A stretch of 64,000 nucleotides of DNA from positions 3,912,139 through 3,976,138 of the forward strand of contig CAVNZM010000011.1 in assembly GCA_963693365.1 (NCBI GenBank), read 5' to 3'. This stretch comes from Amoebidium appalachense (taxonomy: Eukaryota > Protista > Ichthyosporea). The translations under genes and the position numbers were made by a program. Positions 36,501 through 49,902 of the stretch are shown one piece after another; the stretch's first letter is position 1; every line of letters starts with the position of its first letter. The notes beneath the pieces were generated by a model. That model worked only from the letters and a program-made list of their open reading frames with translations. It did not search any database and was not told the DNA's origin.

Positions 36501-39430
36501 TGCCCTTGACGGCACGAGGCGCCAGTTTCGGTGTATCCTGTTGATGGACGTAGCAGGGAGAGCCCCAGACACGGAGCCGGCTGTAGTCGGGAGGAATGCC
36601 GGTCCACAGCAGGGCGGGAGACGATTGGCTGCCGGTGGCTCGCGACGGGAGCATGTTGCGTATAAAAGCCGCGGTCACAGCTGCCTCGGCCCAGAATCCC
36701 ACCGGAAGGCCGGACTGCTGCAGGAGTGCCCGAACCATGTCGAGGAGGGTCCGGTTCAGTCGTTCGGCAGTCCCATTCTGTTGAGGAGAGCCGGTGGTAG
36801 TGATCTGATGGCGAATGCCATGCTCACGGTTGTAGTCCCCGAAGGCCGTGCCCATGTACTCGCCCCCCCGTCGGACTGAAACACCTGCATGGGAACACCG
36901 TGTTGGGTAACCGCCGCCTTGTGGTACGTCACATATGCAGCCAGTGTGTCCGACTTCTTGACGAGGGGCACGGCCGTGGTGTGGCCGGTGAATTCGTCGT
37001 GGAACGTCGCCAAGTACTGAGCACCACCGATCGCGGGAGGGAAGGGGCCGCTGATGTCGCTGTGAACCTTGGCTAGGACCCGGGGAGCTTGGCTAGTTGA
37101 TTCGGAGAAGGCAACACGGTGGGCTTTGCCGAGGGCACAGGGCTCACACACACCCGGAGACTTGGCACCGCCACCCACCAACAGGCCTGCAGACTTGATG
37201 ACCGAGCGTACAGCGTCAATGCCAGCATGGCCCAGACGGTAGTGCCACGTGTTGAGGTCGGCAGTAACCTTGAGGATACGCGGAGCAGTGGTGGTTTGGG
37301 CGTCCGGGGTTGTGTCCGCGCGCAGAAGAGACACCGCCATGTGGTACAGCTTGGTGCCGACAGCCGAGCCGGTGGCCAGAATTTGATCGCCGTAGCACAA
37401 CTTAACGCCGCCGCGGGTGTCAAAGCGGGGTAAAACACCGTTGGTAGTTGCCGTGAACACACTGATGAGAGTGTCGGGGATGGAGGGCACGTAGAGTACA
37501 TCCGTCAGCTGATGCACCGCAGTAACGCCGTCGATGGTGCTGGAAAAGAACACGTCGCCCACCCCAAGCACTGCACATGCACCCTTGTCGGCTACTTGGA
37601 CCGTGGAGTAAGGCGCCGCACGCATGTTGATGAACACATCGGGCCGGGGGCACACATGGTCAGTGGCTCCAGAGTCGAGGAGCACCTTGTTGGTGCCACA
37701 GTCGTTGCTAGACATGAGGAAAGCCCGGGGAGCGGCAGCCCCCCCTTGCACTGTGCCGTAGTGTGGGTAGTAGAGGCAGGGTGGTTGATGCAGGACCCAG
37801 GCAGGAGGGGACCACCCTTAGGTTTGCGGCCGTTGGCACGGTTGCCCCCCTTGCACATGGCGGTAGTGTGACTGGTAGACAGTGGGTGGTTGACGCAGGA
37901 ACCCTTGGGGTAGGTGCTGGCACGGTTGTTGCCAGAGTTGCTGTGTTGGCCGTTGCCGTTGGGGCACTGAGACTTGATGTGGCCTGGTTTGCCGCAGCCG
38001 TGGCAGATGACAGGTTGAGGAGCCCGTGTGGTGAAGGCGGCCGGCCCGGAGCTGGTAGTCACACGTGCACGTGGGTGGCTGGTCTCATATGCCCGTAGCT
38101 GTTGGAGGAGGCCCATCACGGTAGGCTTGGGTGTCATCTTGTAGGCAATTACAGGCATTTCGTAGTAAGGCACCTTGCCGAGGTCGTTGGTGAGCTTGGT
38201 CAGCACTTGAGCATCACCAATTTGTGTGCCGTAATCGGCCAGGCGCCGCACGTAGCCGCGGAGTTTCATGGCGTATTTCGTCGCGGTGTCCGTAGGTTCA
38301 GGCGTAGAATTCATGTACAGCCCGATAAGGTCGTACTGATTGGCCTCAGATTGCTCCAGGTAGTGGGCAGATAGGGCCGACCATATCTCCGCAGGTGTGG
38401 TGGTGCGTGTTAACCCTAGGATACAACGCACGTCAATCGAGAGTGCTTGCCACAGGTAGGAACGGGCAGTGTCGACCTGTTCACGGGTAGCCGGGTGCTC
38501 CGTACTGGGCGCGATGGTGTGGAGAAGACCAGCACCAGAAAGCTGGACATACATGGTTTCGGCCCATGTGTGGTAGTCCGTGCCTGAATCATTATCAATG
38601 CCAGTGAAGAGAGGGATGTCGACCTTGAACTTGATGGAATCATTACGTGAGGGGCCCATAACCCTGTTGGACATTGTGTTCATAGAAGCTAGTTCTAGTG
38701 CACGTTGTTCCTTCTGTAAGTCAGAAATGATTGCATCTTGTGAGGCCAACCTCTGCTCCAGTAGTTGGACTAGTTGCTGCAACTGTAAGTTGTCAGACAT
38801 AGTGTCGTGTATGATGGGTAACTAGTCTATGTGTTTTGTGCACTGGAAACGACAGTAGAAAAGTGTAAATCAAACGTTCTGCTTCCCATGTTTGTGACAT
38901 GGGAGGCACTGCTTTATATAGTCGTTGGCCACCTCATGGTGGCCTCGTGTGCACCCTGGTGGTGGGCCATGTACAGCATGGCCGAAAAGAGAGCACAATG
39001 AAAACAAGTCGTTAAAGATATAAAAGTTAACTGTGCACGTTGAGTGGCTAGTTAACTTGCACTAAAGCACACAAATAAACGTGTTTAACACACCAATTGC
39101 AGTTAAACGTAAATCTTGCTTCACACAACTAAAAATATTCTGAGAATATCCGGGAATAAAGCACACTACCACTCTAAGAATAGAATCCTGTGGCAAATAT
39201 AGACATGACATCATCTGAACCGGGAATATTAATTAATGAGCACAATTAGCACGTTGCTAGTGAAGCTCGTCATTGGTACAGTTTTGGCTCAAACATATAA
39301 CTACCATATATGAATATGACCGTAAACAAAAAGCTCTATGCACTCGAGTGAGTGTTGAAACAGTTATTCAATTGCTCAGAAACTTTCTCTAACAGACATT
39401 GCTAGCCGGGAGTACCAGTGTACTCCAACA
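33552..39430 (-). mobile_element. Ty1/Copia element Copia-2, innermost and youngest
   Basis: 766-bp LTRs 33552-34317 and 38665-39430 with no differences seen, TSD GTTCC, PBS GGTTATGGGCCC at ~38652-38663. Confidence 0.96.
34504..38800 (-). CDS. Copia-2 Gag-Pol (two frameshifts in G runs near 37740 and 36865)
   Basis: CHGCGKPGHIKSQC, LLDSGAT, WHYRLGH..CEPC, QSDGG, QQNGTAER, FKARLVARG, YVDD, YSDSDYA, KHIDVRY, ADMFTKAL. Confidence 0.93.
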
Positions 39431-40821
39431 GTTCCTACGGGGGGTAGGCCGATGGCAGCTTTCTCACAACATCCGACCCTGCTCATCCACCAGGGAACCC
39501 CTCCTCCCCTCCCACCTCCGCCTACTCCATGGCCAGTGCCCCACCAAGGCCTCCTCGGCCAATCTCCGGCTATGGACGGCCCTCATCGTCGGTTTCTGTG
39601 GTCTCCTCCGTTCAGGGGAATTTACCTCCAAGACCCTGACTTCTTTCGACCCGTCCCGTCACGTTAAACGGAAGGATGTGACCTTCAGCTACACCCCCAC
39701 CGGTACTTTGTCCCATGCCACCCTCCACCTGCCAACCTCTAAAACGGATGTACAGGCCCGAGGTGTCAACGTCACCCTAGCTGCCCTGCCCCTCACCCAC
39801 TTCTCCCCAGCCCATCTCCTCCGGCAGTTCCTGGATACAACGTCCGGTCAACCCGACGACCCCCTCTTCAGTCTCGGTGGCATCCCCTACACCAAGAGTG
39901 CTTTCTCTGCCGATTTCCGTGCCCTCCTCTCCCGGGCAGGCCTCTCACCCTCCCGGTTTGCCGGACACAGCCTCCGCATCGGGGGGGCCACAGCACTGGC
40001 TGAGGCCGGGGTCGACGACTCCCGGATCAAACAACTCGGCCGGTGGTCCTCCGACTGCTTCCTGATCTATACCCGACTTCGTCCGGCCTCCATTGCTGCC
40101 ACCACCACACGTGTATTCGCCTCTATTCTTAAGTGAAACCTTTGGAGCAAGCATACTGCTCTCGTGCCGTGGTTTACAACCATTGCAGGTTCACTTTCGT
40201 CCAAGGGGATGTCCCCCTAGAGGCAACACACGTCCCGGTGTAGTTTTTATAGAGGTTTTATTTGTGGAAATTATTGACATAAATATTTTTCTGGGTAAAC
40301 ACGTAGGATGGGTGTTCGATACCAACATAACCATGTAGGCTTCATTTCGTGTTTTAGCAGTTAGCGGTTGGCTGCCCGCACACGGGCACCTATTAGCCAG
40401 TCAAAACATCAGATACCACAGATCACTAGACCGAGTTATGATTGGCTCGGATCAGATTTCACATATCACTAGATCGATTTTTGATTGGCTCAGATCGGTA
40501 GGCTTAGGTATATAAGCACGACAGTTTTTAGCAGATCAGCAAGCTACAAACACATCTTCTGTGTTTAGCATCCACAGCCTTACAGCTATATATTCCTTTT
40601 CACCCACCCACCTACACCCACACACAACCCCCATTGATCCACACATACGTGCTGTTTTTTCACGGGGCGAAGACTTCCCCCGTTTTTTGGGCACATGGAC
40701 CTCACGGATCAATAAATTGATGACTGGGGGCTTGCCGTGGTTTACAACCATTGCAGGTTCACTTTCGTCCAAGGGGATGTCCCCCTAGAGGCAACACACG
40801 TCCCGGAGTAGTTTTTATAGA

Positions 40822-43247
40822 ATGCCCTAAAGCATGCTCTCACACATGCCCCCGTGTTGGCTCATCCAAACTTCGACAAGCCTTTCATTGTGGACTCCAA
40901 TGCTAGCAATGTGGCGCTTGGTGCGGTGCTGTCGCAGGTGGGAGATGACGGGCAGGAGCACCCCGTTGCTTATGCCTCCCGCACGCTCAGTAAGAGCGAG
41001 CGCAATTATTCCGCCACCAAGAGAGAGGGTTTGGGCATCTATTGGGCTGTGTGCAAAGCCTTTCATCAGTATACCTACGGGAAGCCATTTATTTTGCGCA
41101 CAGACCATTCTTCGCTGACTTCCATATATGGTAATGGGGATGCCCCCGAGCCCATTGTTGCTGGCTGGCAGATGGCCCTGTCTGCATACACCTATGACAT
41201 CCACCATCGTGCTGGGAAGGACCACAGCAATGCAGACGGCATTTCACGGCCTTCCAGCGCGAATTTGGTGCCCAGCGAAGATGATCCGGATCTGACTTTT
41301 CCTTCGCTGATTGGGTGTGTGCACGGAGATGACCACAGTGATTTTGTGCCAGACACCGTTGTGTTTCCTGCGCTCGTGGTGACGCGTGGGCGGGCACGTA
41401 CGGACGGTGGTGCTGATGCACCCACCCACAAACCCGCGTCAGCGGCGCGCACGCAGAAGCGCAAGCGCACGTCAGGGGTTAAGGGTGGACCGGGGGAGGG
41501 TGCGCATGCCACTGCAGAACCCACCCCCACCCCCCCTCTGGCTGAGCATATCTCTGATGCTGCACGTGATCATACCCATGGGTTGAAGGTGAATACTTCC
41601 CGCGAGTTACGCGCGCTTATTATCCCACAGTTGCCGGGTATGCCTACTGTGGAGGAAATTAAGGCGGCGCAAAATGCAGATCCGTTTTTGTGCAGTATTC
41701 GTGATTACCTCAGCAACCCCACCGCGCCGGCACAGGTGGATGGAAGTGTTGCTTTAGAGGCAAGCAGATGCACGGTTTATAAGGGGGTGGTGTATGTGTG
41801 GACACCGGAGCAGCGTGCGACTCGTCGCCCTACGCTGCTGCCACAGGTCTGGGTCCCCGAGTCTTTAAGGGCACAGATTCTTGCGGCTTGCCACGATGCC
41901 CCCACAGCCGGGCATCTTGATGCCCAGCGCACGTTTCATCGCATTTGGTCTTCGTTTTGGTGGCCGGGGATGTGGCATCAGGTCGTGCGGTATGTGAATT
42001 CGTGCGATAGGTGCCAGCGGCGCAAAGCGCCACGCTTGCAGGGCCGCTTGCCCGTGCAGCGCGGTTTCGCACCGCAGTACCCCTTTCAGTATGTGGCCAT
42101 GGATGTGACCGTCTTGCCACCAGCGAAGAGCGGGAAGCAGTATATCCTTGTGTTCATAGACATGTTCACACGGTGGGCTGAGTTGGTGCTGTTCGATCAT
42201 CCACCCACCGCAGAGGATATCGCTAATGCTTTCCACGACTATGTTTTCGCGCGACACGGACCACCCGAGTTTGTGCTGTCGGATAATGGGTCGAATGTTT
42301 CTGCGCAGCTGGTTAAGGATGTGTTAACCCTCCTAACTAGTCGCCAGATCCTCGCGTCACCCTACTCCCCCCAGACAAATGGGCTGGTTGAACGGTTCAA
42401 TCGCACCCTTAAGAGTATTCTTGCGCAAGTGGCTACAGATAAGTTAACGGAGTGGGACACGTTTTTGCCCCAGGTGCTGTTTGCCTACCACACGGCTATG
42501 CACTCCGCACTGGGCGACAGTCCTTTCTTCCTTTTGTATGGCCAGGACCCCCGTGACCCCTTTGTGGAGAAACTGGGCCCCGAGTACAGCGGCGCCACTA
42601 AGGAGCATCGGTATGCACTCTGGGAGCGATTGACCTATGCGCGCGATGTGGTTCGTGCACGTATGGTTACCGAGCAAGATCGGCACCGCAAATCAGCCAA
42701 TCAGAAGGCGCGGCCTGTTCCCGATTTGGCAGATTTGGTGCTCAAACTCGACAACACCCTTAACAACAAGAAGGTGGTTGATGGTGATGGTAACCAGCTG
42801 TATGAGGCTGCTAGCCTACGGGACAAGTGGGTGGGGCCCTACCGGGTTTTGCGCAAAGTCGCGCCACTTACCTACGATATTCAGCGGGTGGGGACACAGG
42901 ATGTGGAGCGTTCGCACGCTCGTTTCCTTAAACCCTATGTACCCCGCACGGATGGACCTCCTACCCCACTACCTGAGTCCCGTGTGGCAGGTGACGCTGT
43001 GACCGCGGAAGTGGCCAAGATTATTGACCATAAATGGGAAAATGGTCGCGCCCTCTACAAAGTTCGCTGGAAGGGGTTTAAGGCCACCGATGATTCGTGG
43101 GAGTCACATGCAAACTTGTCTGAGTCGGCCTCGGGTGCCTTAGCTGATTATTTGCAGCAAGTGATTCGGCCCCCCAGTGAGGAGCCAATCAAAAATCAGC
43201 GCAAGGACACCCAACAGCATGTGCGCAAACGCAGACGTAAAGGTTGA
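40822..43247 (+). CDS. pol: Gypsy-2 pol 3' part: RNase H, integrase, chromodomain
   Basis: VAYASRTL, H..GH..CDRC, AMDV, SDNG, NGLVERFN, GPYRV, YKVRWKGF..DDSWE. Confidence 0.93.
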
Positions 43248-43316
43248 TCCCCCTTAAGGGCATGGCATGTGGGCACTCGGTGCAGTTGCCCTTCGTTGCC
43301 CCTAGGGAGGGGGGGG

Positions 43317-43956
43317 TGTAGACATGGTTGTGTACATTCACGTGCACACCGTGCTGTTCCCCCACAACCAGTCTACGTGCCTTTGTGTCTTCTCGCCAGA
43401 GGCTGGAATAGAGCCTCGGAAGCAGCTACCAATCGGCTGCATCACTTTTAGCTGTATTCCTTATTAGGGCAGTTGCTCTGCACCTTAAGTATGCAGTTAG
43501 GAGCGATGCAAAGAACGTGAACACTTTGCCAGCATGTATCTTAGGTGTACGGCACACACTGTGTGCCGTAGACACTTTATTGGGCACTAGACATACACAT
43601 GTAGCACTGTAGTATAACTTGAAGCTAGATTATGATCACCCAGGAGAAGCTCATGTACTCATGTATATGTCATGTACTTTATTTTAAGTAGGGCCACATG
43701 CCTATTGGCTGTCGCCTTACAAAAGTATGCGAGCAGTGCTCTCCGGACCGGCGGAAACCAAGGGACTATAAAAGGCTGGTACATTCCAGACTTGGGTCAC
43801 TTGGGCGGGGCTGTGTGTCCGAGTAAACGTTACACTAGTCGTGCGGTGTCAGACTAGCTGTAGCACCCGCTTTCTTGCCTCTATACTTGCGTGCTTCTCC
43901 TAGCCTGCATATGTTAACTAGGGCATAGTATTAGTGTATACACACCCTGGTTTTCA
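43317..43956 (+). repeat. Gypsy-2 3' LTR
   Basis: Follows the PPT; copy of 22988-23627. Confidence 0.95.
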
Positions 43957-43960
43957 ATGT

Positions 43961-46900
43961 GCACTGCAAAGCCGTGTTCTCCCCAAGGACGACCTCCGTA
44001 ACCGTATTCCCCGTCATGACAGCTCAGGCTCACGCTTCTCCCGTGGACGTTCCAGTGATCGTTCCTCCTCCGTCGACCGTGACAACTCACGCTCCCGTTC
44101 CCCCGGACCCCGTTCCCGTTCCCCGTACCCCCCCCCCCCCGTCAAGGCAGTAACCGTTACCCCAGCCACCGCCGTGCCAAGTCAACTGGCACCCTCTGCT
44201 GTTCCTACTGCCATGAAGATCATCATGTCACTCAGTGTGACCAACCTGGCTGCAAGATTGCTCGTCGTCACCGTACTAACCCCAAGTCTGGGAAGGAGGT
44301 GCATTTTGCCCTCGTATCATCAACAGCCACCCTCTCCATGGACCCCTGCTGGGACTCAGCCTCCAACGCCATGTGTGCCCCATCAAGGAGTACTTCTCCA
44401 CCCTCGAACCGTGCGGGCCCCCACCGAAGTCCACGGCCTCGGCATTGTGACTGCTCATCACCGTGGCATCATCAACCTGGCTGTCAACTACAACGGTGTT
44501 GCCTCCGTACTCAGCCTCAACACACTCTATGTACCTGACTCCCCAGCCTTCCTTATTTCACCGTCCATGGCTTCCAAGTCGGGCCTACTCGCCCACCTCG
44601 ATGATGAGGATGATTACCCATCCTTCCTCTACACCCGTGGTGGAAACATTGTGTGTAATCTTCTCGGCAACGACGGTCTGTACTTCATCACCGATTATGA
44701 GATCCGTCCATCCATTCCCAGATCCGTCACTGCTATGGTCGCCAACGCCAAGGTCAACGTGGATCCTCAACTCTGGCATCATCGTCTAGGGCACCGTGCC
44801 ATGTCCACCCTCACCAAGATGGCCAAGGGTGAACTTGTGACTGGCCTACCCTCTTCCCTCTCAGTGGTCGACACCACTGACTGTTATAATACGTAGTATT
44901 TACATATTGTAAGATCTTCTCAGTTCGTGTTATGTTTTCATTCATTTACTTAATGAAAAAGATGTGCTCCTTGTACGTAAATTATGACATCGATCTCCAG
45001 TGTATTTGAGTACTTGTAATCGTGTTGTGTCGGCTATATTCGTGTGTTTAGATATCGATTACAGCAACTGATTATAGGTACACGAGTCTACCCAGTGAGG
45101 GAGAAACGTGTACATGTTATGTGTACATGAATATCTTCGGTTATAACTGTGTTTTGCTGTTCGTGTTTTCTGTCCTGCTTTCTTTTCTTTTTCCTCTTTC
45201 TTCTTCTTTCTTTTCTCTTTCTTTCTTCTCTTGTTTCCTTTCACATAATTATATTTCTCTCTCACTAATATACGTTGAGTAGATTTATATTACTCGTTAT
45301 GTTTTGATTGGTAGAAAAACACTTAGGTTACACTTTAGCTTGTCAGGTATGATTCATAGCTTAGTCAACCACTTTTGTTTTGTGTGTTGCCGTACTATAT
45401 CCAATCAGTGGACTTAGTCAGAAAATGTCTGAGTCTTTGTAGCCGATGATAGGTTAGAAACATCACCTCTTTCCTCGTTACTCTTCACCTCTTTTCTTTC
45501 TTATAGCTGTGACCTATGGTGTGCGTTCCTGTGTCTCCGGATCTATCCGGGAAATAATCAGTTAATTGTGATTGGTTATTTTAGACATAGATCTGATTTC
45601 CGACTGGTCGGAAATCATGTATGGATTTAACTTAAGGGAATTTCAGGTATTTATTAGCGATCAAAATAAATTGAGTTCAGTCGTGTCTAAACATTGATGT
45701 CTGTTGTGTACACTTCTCCGATCCTTCCGTGTTTTGTTGTTGTGTGTCTGTGGTGTTTTCACACTGCACCACTGTGTCTCTGCTTACATCCCAAATACTT
45801 ATACAATTTAACAGGTTATGGGCCCAGTCGGCTGCATCTCCGGCAAGACCACCAAGGCCCCGTTCTCCGGCACCCGGACTCAGTGCCCCTTCCCCGGTGC
45901 CAAGTGGCACATGGACTTCTTCGAGCCTCCCTGTGTTTCCTACGGTGGCTACAAGGTGGCACTCGTGTGCACGTGTGATGCTTCCGGCTACACTATCGTG
46001 TTTCTTCTCCGTGACAGGTCTGAGATTCTCGACTACGTCAAGGCCCTGGTGGAAGGCATTGACAAGCAACCGGACAAGGTCGTCACCCACTTCCGTTCAG
46101 ACTCTGGCTCTGAGTTCACCTCCCATGCCATGGAACAATACGGTCAGTCCAAGGGCATCATCCAGGAGGTTGCCCCCGTCGACTGCCCGCAGCTCAACGG
46201 CCTGGTGGAACGGAAGATGAGAGATCTACAGGAGATCGTTCGGTGCTTCCTCCATCAAGACAAGGCTGACCCCCCTCTCCCCCAAACTGTGGGGAGCTGC
46301 ACTCAAGCATGCTGCCTACATCGTCAACGTCACCCCTGCCCGTGCTGCCAACAAACGCACCCCATTCAAAGTTTTTTATGGTGTCAAGCCTGATATCACT
46401 CATCTGCACGTGTTCGGCTGCCCTGCATATGTTCACGTGCCAGCCACCAAACGGGACAAGTTGGCTTCCACCGTCAAGCTCGGCATCTACGTGGGTTGGG
46501 ACGTCACCAACAAGGCCCACAAGACTATGAACCTCCGAGGAAACATGGTCAGCATCTACCGCGACGTTATCTTCGACGAATCGAAATTCACAACGGCATC
46601 CAATCAGCATCCAGTGCAGGCCACCAATCAGACGACTTCAATCGCGACTCCAATGCCCGCGCTCGACTCCAGCTCCGACGACGATGAAATTCCGTCAGTC
46701 ATCCTCCGTCGCTCCCCCCGTCGTCTCCCTGCCCCAGTGGCTCCACTCACCCCTCCCCCCACCGGCCAGCAGCCTCTCTTGCCAGCACCAGCCGTCATTG
46801 CCCATGTGCCTGGCAACGTCACCCCCACGGCGTCCGTCCTGAGTCTCCAGACTTCCATTCTGCCCCGTCCACCCCAGTGCCAGCCGACTCCCCCCTCAAC

Positions 46901-47231
46901 ACCGCGCCCCTCCCCGGCTTCCAAGCTCCCGTTCCCGGCCTCCAGGTTCCATTTTCCGACCCCCCAGTGTCTGCCCCACTGGCAGTCACCCCACCGGTTC
47001 CTGAGCCTCCCCGTTCTGCCCTCCGTCGTTCTTCCCGTCTGTCCTCCAGGCCTGCCACGGCTATGATCAGCATCTCCCGGCCTACCCTCGATGTGTCACA
47101 GCTGCCCCGTTCGATCCAGAAGCTGTGCAACGGCCCCCAGGGTTATGCCGTGGCTGCTGCACTCACTTCTGAGTACCAGGCCTTCATCGACAAGGACATC
47201 TTCGACGTGGTTGAACCCCCTCCTGATGCCA
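43961..47231 (+). pseudogene. Copia-1 gag C-terminus, protease and integrase, interrupted at 44882-45826
   Basis: WDSAS, LWHHRLGH, DC|VGC, WHMDF, RSDSGSEF, LNGLVER, FGCPAYVH, RDVIFDE; several frameshifts. Confidence 0.85.
44882..45827 (+). mobile_element. Copia-family LTR (44882-45813) plus PBS GGTTATGGGCCCAG, no internal region, no TSD
   Basis: TGTTA...TAACA ends; homologous to the split LTR at 47232-56804. Confidence 0.85.
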
Positions 47232-48507
47232 TGTTGTAATACGTAGTATTTACATATGGTAAGATCTTCTCAGTTTGTGTTATGTTTCAGTTCATATGCT
47301 TAGTGTAAATGCCACACTCCTATTATGTAAAGTGTAGCATCGATCTCCGATATGCTTGTATACTTGTAATCGTGTTGTATCGGCTTTAATCGTGTGTTGT
47401 AATATCGATTAGAATATTTATATGTGTGTACACGGACATCAGCAAACTTCCCGGAAGTATTGCCAACGTATTTTTTGCTATTGGCGCTATTGGCAATATT
47501 GGCAATAGAACCCCTCGCCGCCAATAGGAACGCCATATTGCAATAATATTGCTTTGGTATTGTCAATGGTAATACAGTACCAATACCCTCTATTGTCGAT
47601 ATCCCGCTGATATGAATATATTATCCAGTATATGTTACATCAATATCGCCAATACATTAGAGTGCCATTACATTGCCATTGCATTACTATTGCGCTAGCA
47701 TTATAGACGTATTGCCAATATCAATTATACCCGGGCGATATTACAATAACAACCAAATAATATCAAAAATACAGATAATGATATGGATAATACTGTATTT
47801 TCGCATTGTAGTTGCACTATGAACGCATTATTAATGTATTGCCAATATGTAATTCATAGAAATACAAAGATTTAAATATCAAGAAACATATAAACAATGT
47901 ATTGCCAACATATGATCCAACTATAATCAATATATAAATGCGGTATCGCCGATAGGTTGCTTATATATCGTGAGTATATTGATGACATAAACAGAGGTAT
48001 GATTAATACACTCCCAACACATTACAAATAAGAAATATGTAAGTATGTTCCATATCAAGCATATATTGCCAACATACGAATGATACCACCACCATAAAGA
48101 TATAAGTGTTGATAATGCATTACATATATATTATAAATATCACACTATATTATCCAAATACATTGCCAATAAATTGATAATGGGAACGAATGCATGCAAA
48201 GTACAGTATAAGTGCGCTTATAATATGAAAGGCATATCGGAGTAACGTCTTATATCTAAGAATAATACGTATGACGAACATTGCCAATGTATTAATAATA
48301 GCTTTATTGATACCTCAATCACATGCTCAATATATTGGCAATATTCACACGGTACGGTAAGCACAGCCCCATGATCATTATCAATGAATTGCCAATGTAT
48401 TGCACATGTCGACATCCATACGTATTCCGTATGGTCACTTTATTAACTTCGGTTGGATAGTGGCATCAAGCACACAAGTAAACAACACAACTAATATACC
48501 ACCCCAA

Positions 48508-48843
48508 GAGCAACACAGAAACGAAACACGGAAACAACAGCAGCCATAGGACAAAGAGCCCCAGACCCACAGGGTCTTGCCTCCATACTTTATTTACCTT
48601 AACAGGACAAAGAGCCGGTACCCACCTATGGGTGCTAAACATGCACATGATCATTCATGTGCTATAAGAGCAACACAGAAACGAAACACGGAAACAACAG
48701 CAGCCATAGGACAAAGAGCCCCAGACCCACAGGGTCTTGCCTCCATACTTTATTTACCTTAACAGGACAAAGAGCCGGTACCCACCTATGAAACGAAAAA
48801 CGGAAACAACAGCAGCCATAGGACAAAGAGCCGGTACCCACCT
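48508..48843. repeat. ~120-bp direct repeat x2 plus a partial third copy
   Basis: GAGCAACACAGAAACGAAACACGG...GGTACCCACCTATG repeated with ~160-bp period. Confidence 0.85.
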
Positions 48844-48956
48844 CTAGATGATAACGTAGCCTTATAGCTGCTGATGACTTCATGGGCCAACCTTGCCAAA
48901 ACCTGTAAAGGAACTCGAGCTAAGAATTAGCTCATCCTACTTGCGAGAAGTGGGGG

Positions 48957-48995
<39 letters not shown>

Positions 48996-49860
48996 GAGGG
49001 GGCTGACTGAGAGTGGCAAAAAAAGAGTCGACAGAACCAACCTCAAAAATAGTAAGGACGGAAACCCGGACCAGAACTTATGAAGTCTAGAGAAGCAGAA
49101 AATAGCTTGAACGATCGGTGGAGGGGATGATAGCTATAGTGCTAACAGCAAAGGTAGTGCCCACAGTCGCTGGTTCATGAACGTGAAAGGCAACGTGCAT
49201 CTGCAGCCAGCAGACACATGCACACGCACGCACACACACACACATACACACACACACACACAGACACAGACACAGACATAATCACAGGACGGACACAGAC
49301 CAGACAGACAAACGCCATATGCACAAAAGCAGGCAACACAAAACTAACCTTCAAAGGGCAGCATGGTCCAAAACAATCAGCACGGTGGCTGCGCGATCTG
49401 CGGAGGGGATCTGTGACCAGGCGACCTGCGGGAAGGGAACTGCGACCAGGCGACCTGCGGGAAGGGACCTGCGACCAGGCGACCTGCGGGAAAGGACCTG
49501 CGGACCTGCGGGAAGGGGGAAGAGAAATGGAGCAAACAACGTGCGTACAGGCTTAAATGGAGAAAAAATTGCAAACCGGATTGGGATTTAGCCAATCACT
49601 ATTCGCCGCGCCTGATTAGGAAAAAGATAAAAATAGATTTCGGCTCGCGCCGGCGCGTGCATCAGCTTGGTGCCCTTAGCGCTACCCTTAGTGCCCTTAG
49701 TCACAACTATCAGACTATAGTTACGTGTCCTCCACTTCTTTGTTCTTGACCATTTTTTCGGCATGAAAGGGTTTCTGTTACTTCTTGCTGTCCTTCTTAG
49801 CGTGCTTGCTTGTCATTTTTTCAACATGGGTGTCACTGGCGCTTTCGACTTCTTTGAAAT

Positions 49861-49891
<31 letters not shown>

Positions 49892-49902
49892 GCGCGCACG
49901 CA

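Larger units (their letters stand above)
33353..40136 (+). pseudogene. Ngaro tyrosine recombinase split by Copia-2 (33353-33551 + 39436-40136)
   Basis: LAWF|LRGV rejoin; GLLRSGE, SKTD, HSLRIGGAT, GRWSSDCFLIY catalytic motifs. Confidence 0.9.
29667..40821 (+). mobile_element. Tyrosine-recombinase retrotransposon with split direct repeats (Ngaro/PAT-type, DIRS order)
   Basis: A1 29667-30015, B1 40165-40253, A2 40254-40602, B2 40733-40821; no TSD; removal restores Gypsy-2 RAF-D-ALKHAL. Confidence 0.93.
22988..43956 (+). mobile_element. Chromodomain-bearing Ty3/Gypsy element (Gypsy-2)
   Basis: 640-bp LTRs, 4-bp TSD ATGT, PBS TGGCGACCGC at 23629, PPT at 43304-43316. Confidence 0.95.

Noticed and set aside
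34504-38800. Programmed frameshifting in Copia-2
   Set aside because: Both shifts fall in G homopolymers, one inside the integrase core; more likely errors or mutations
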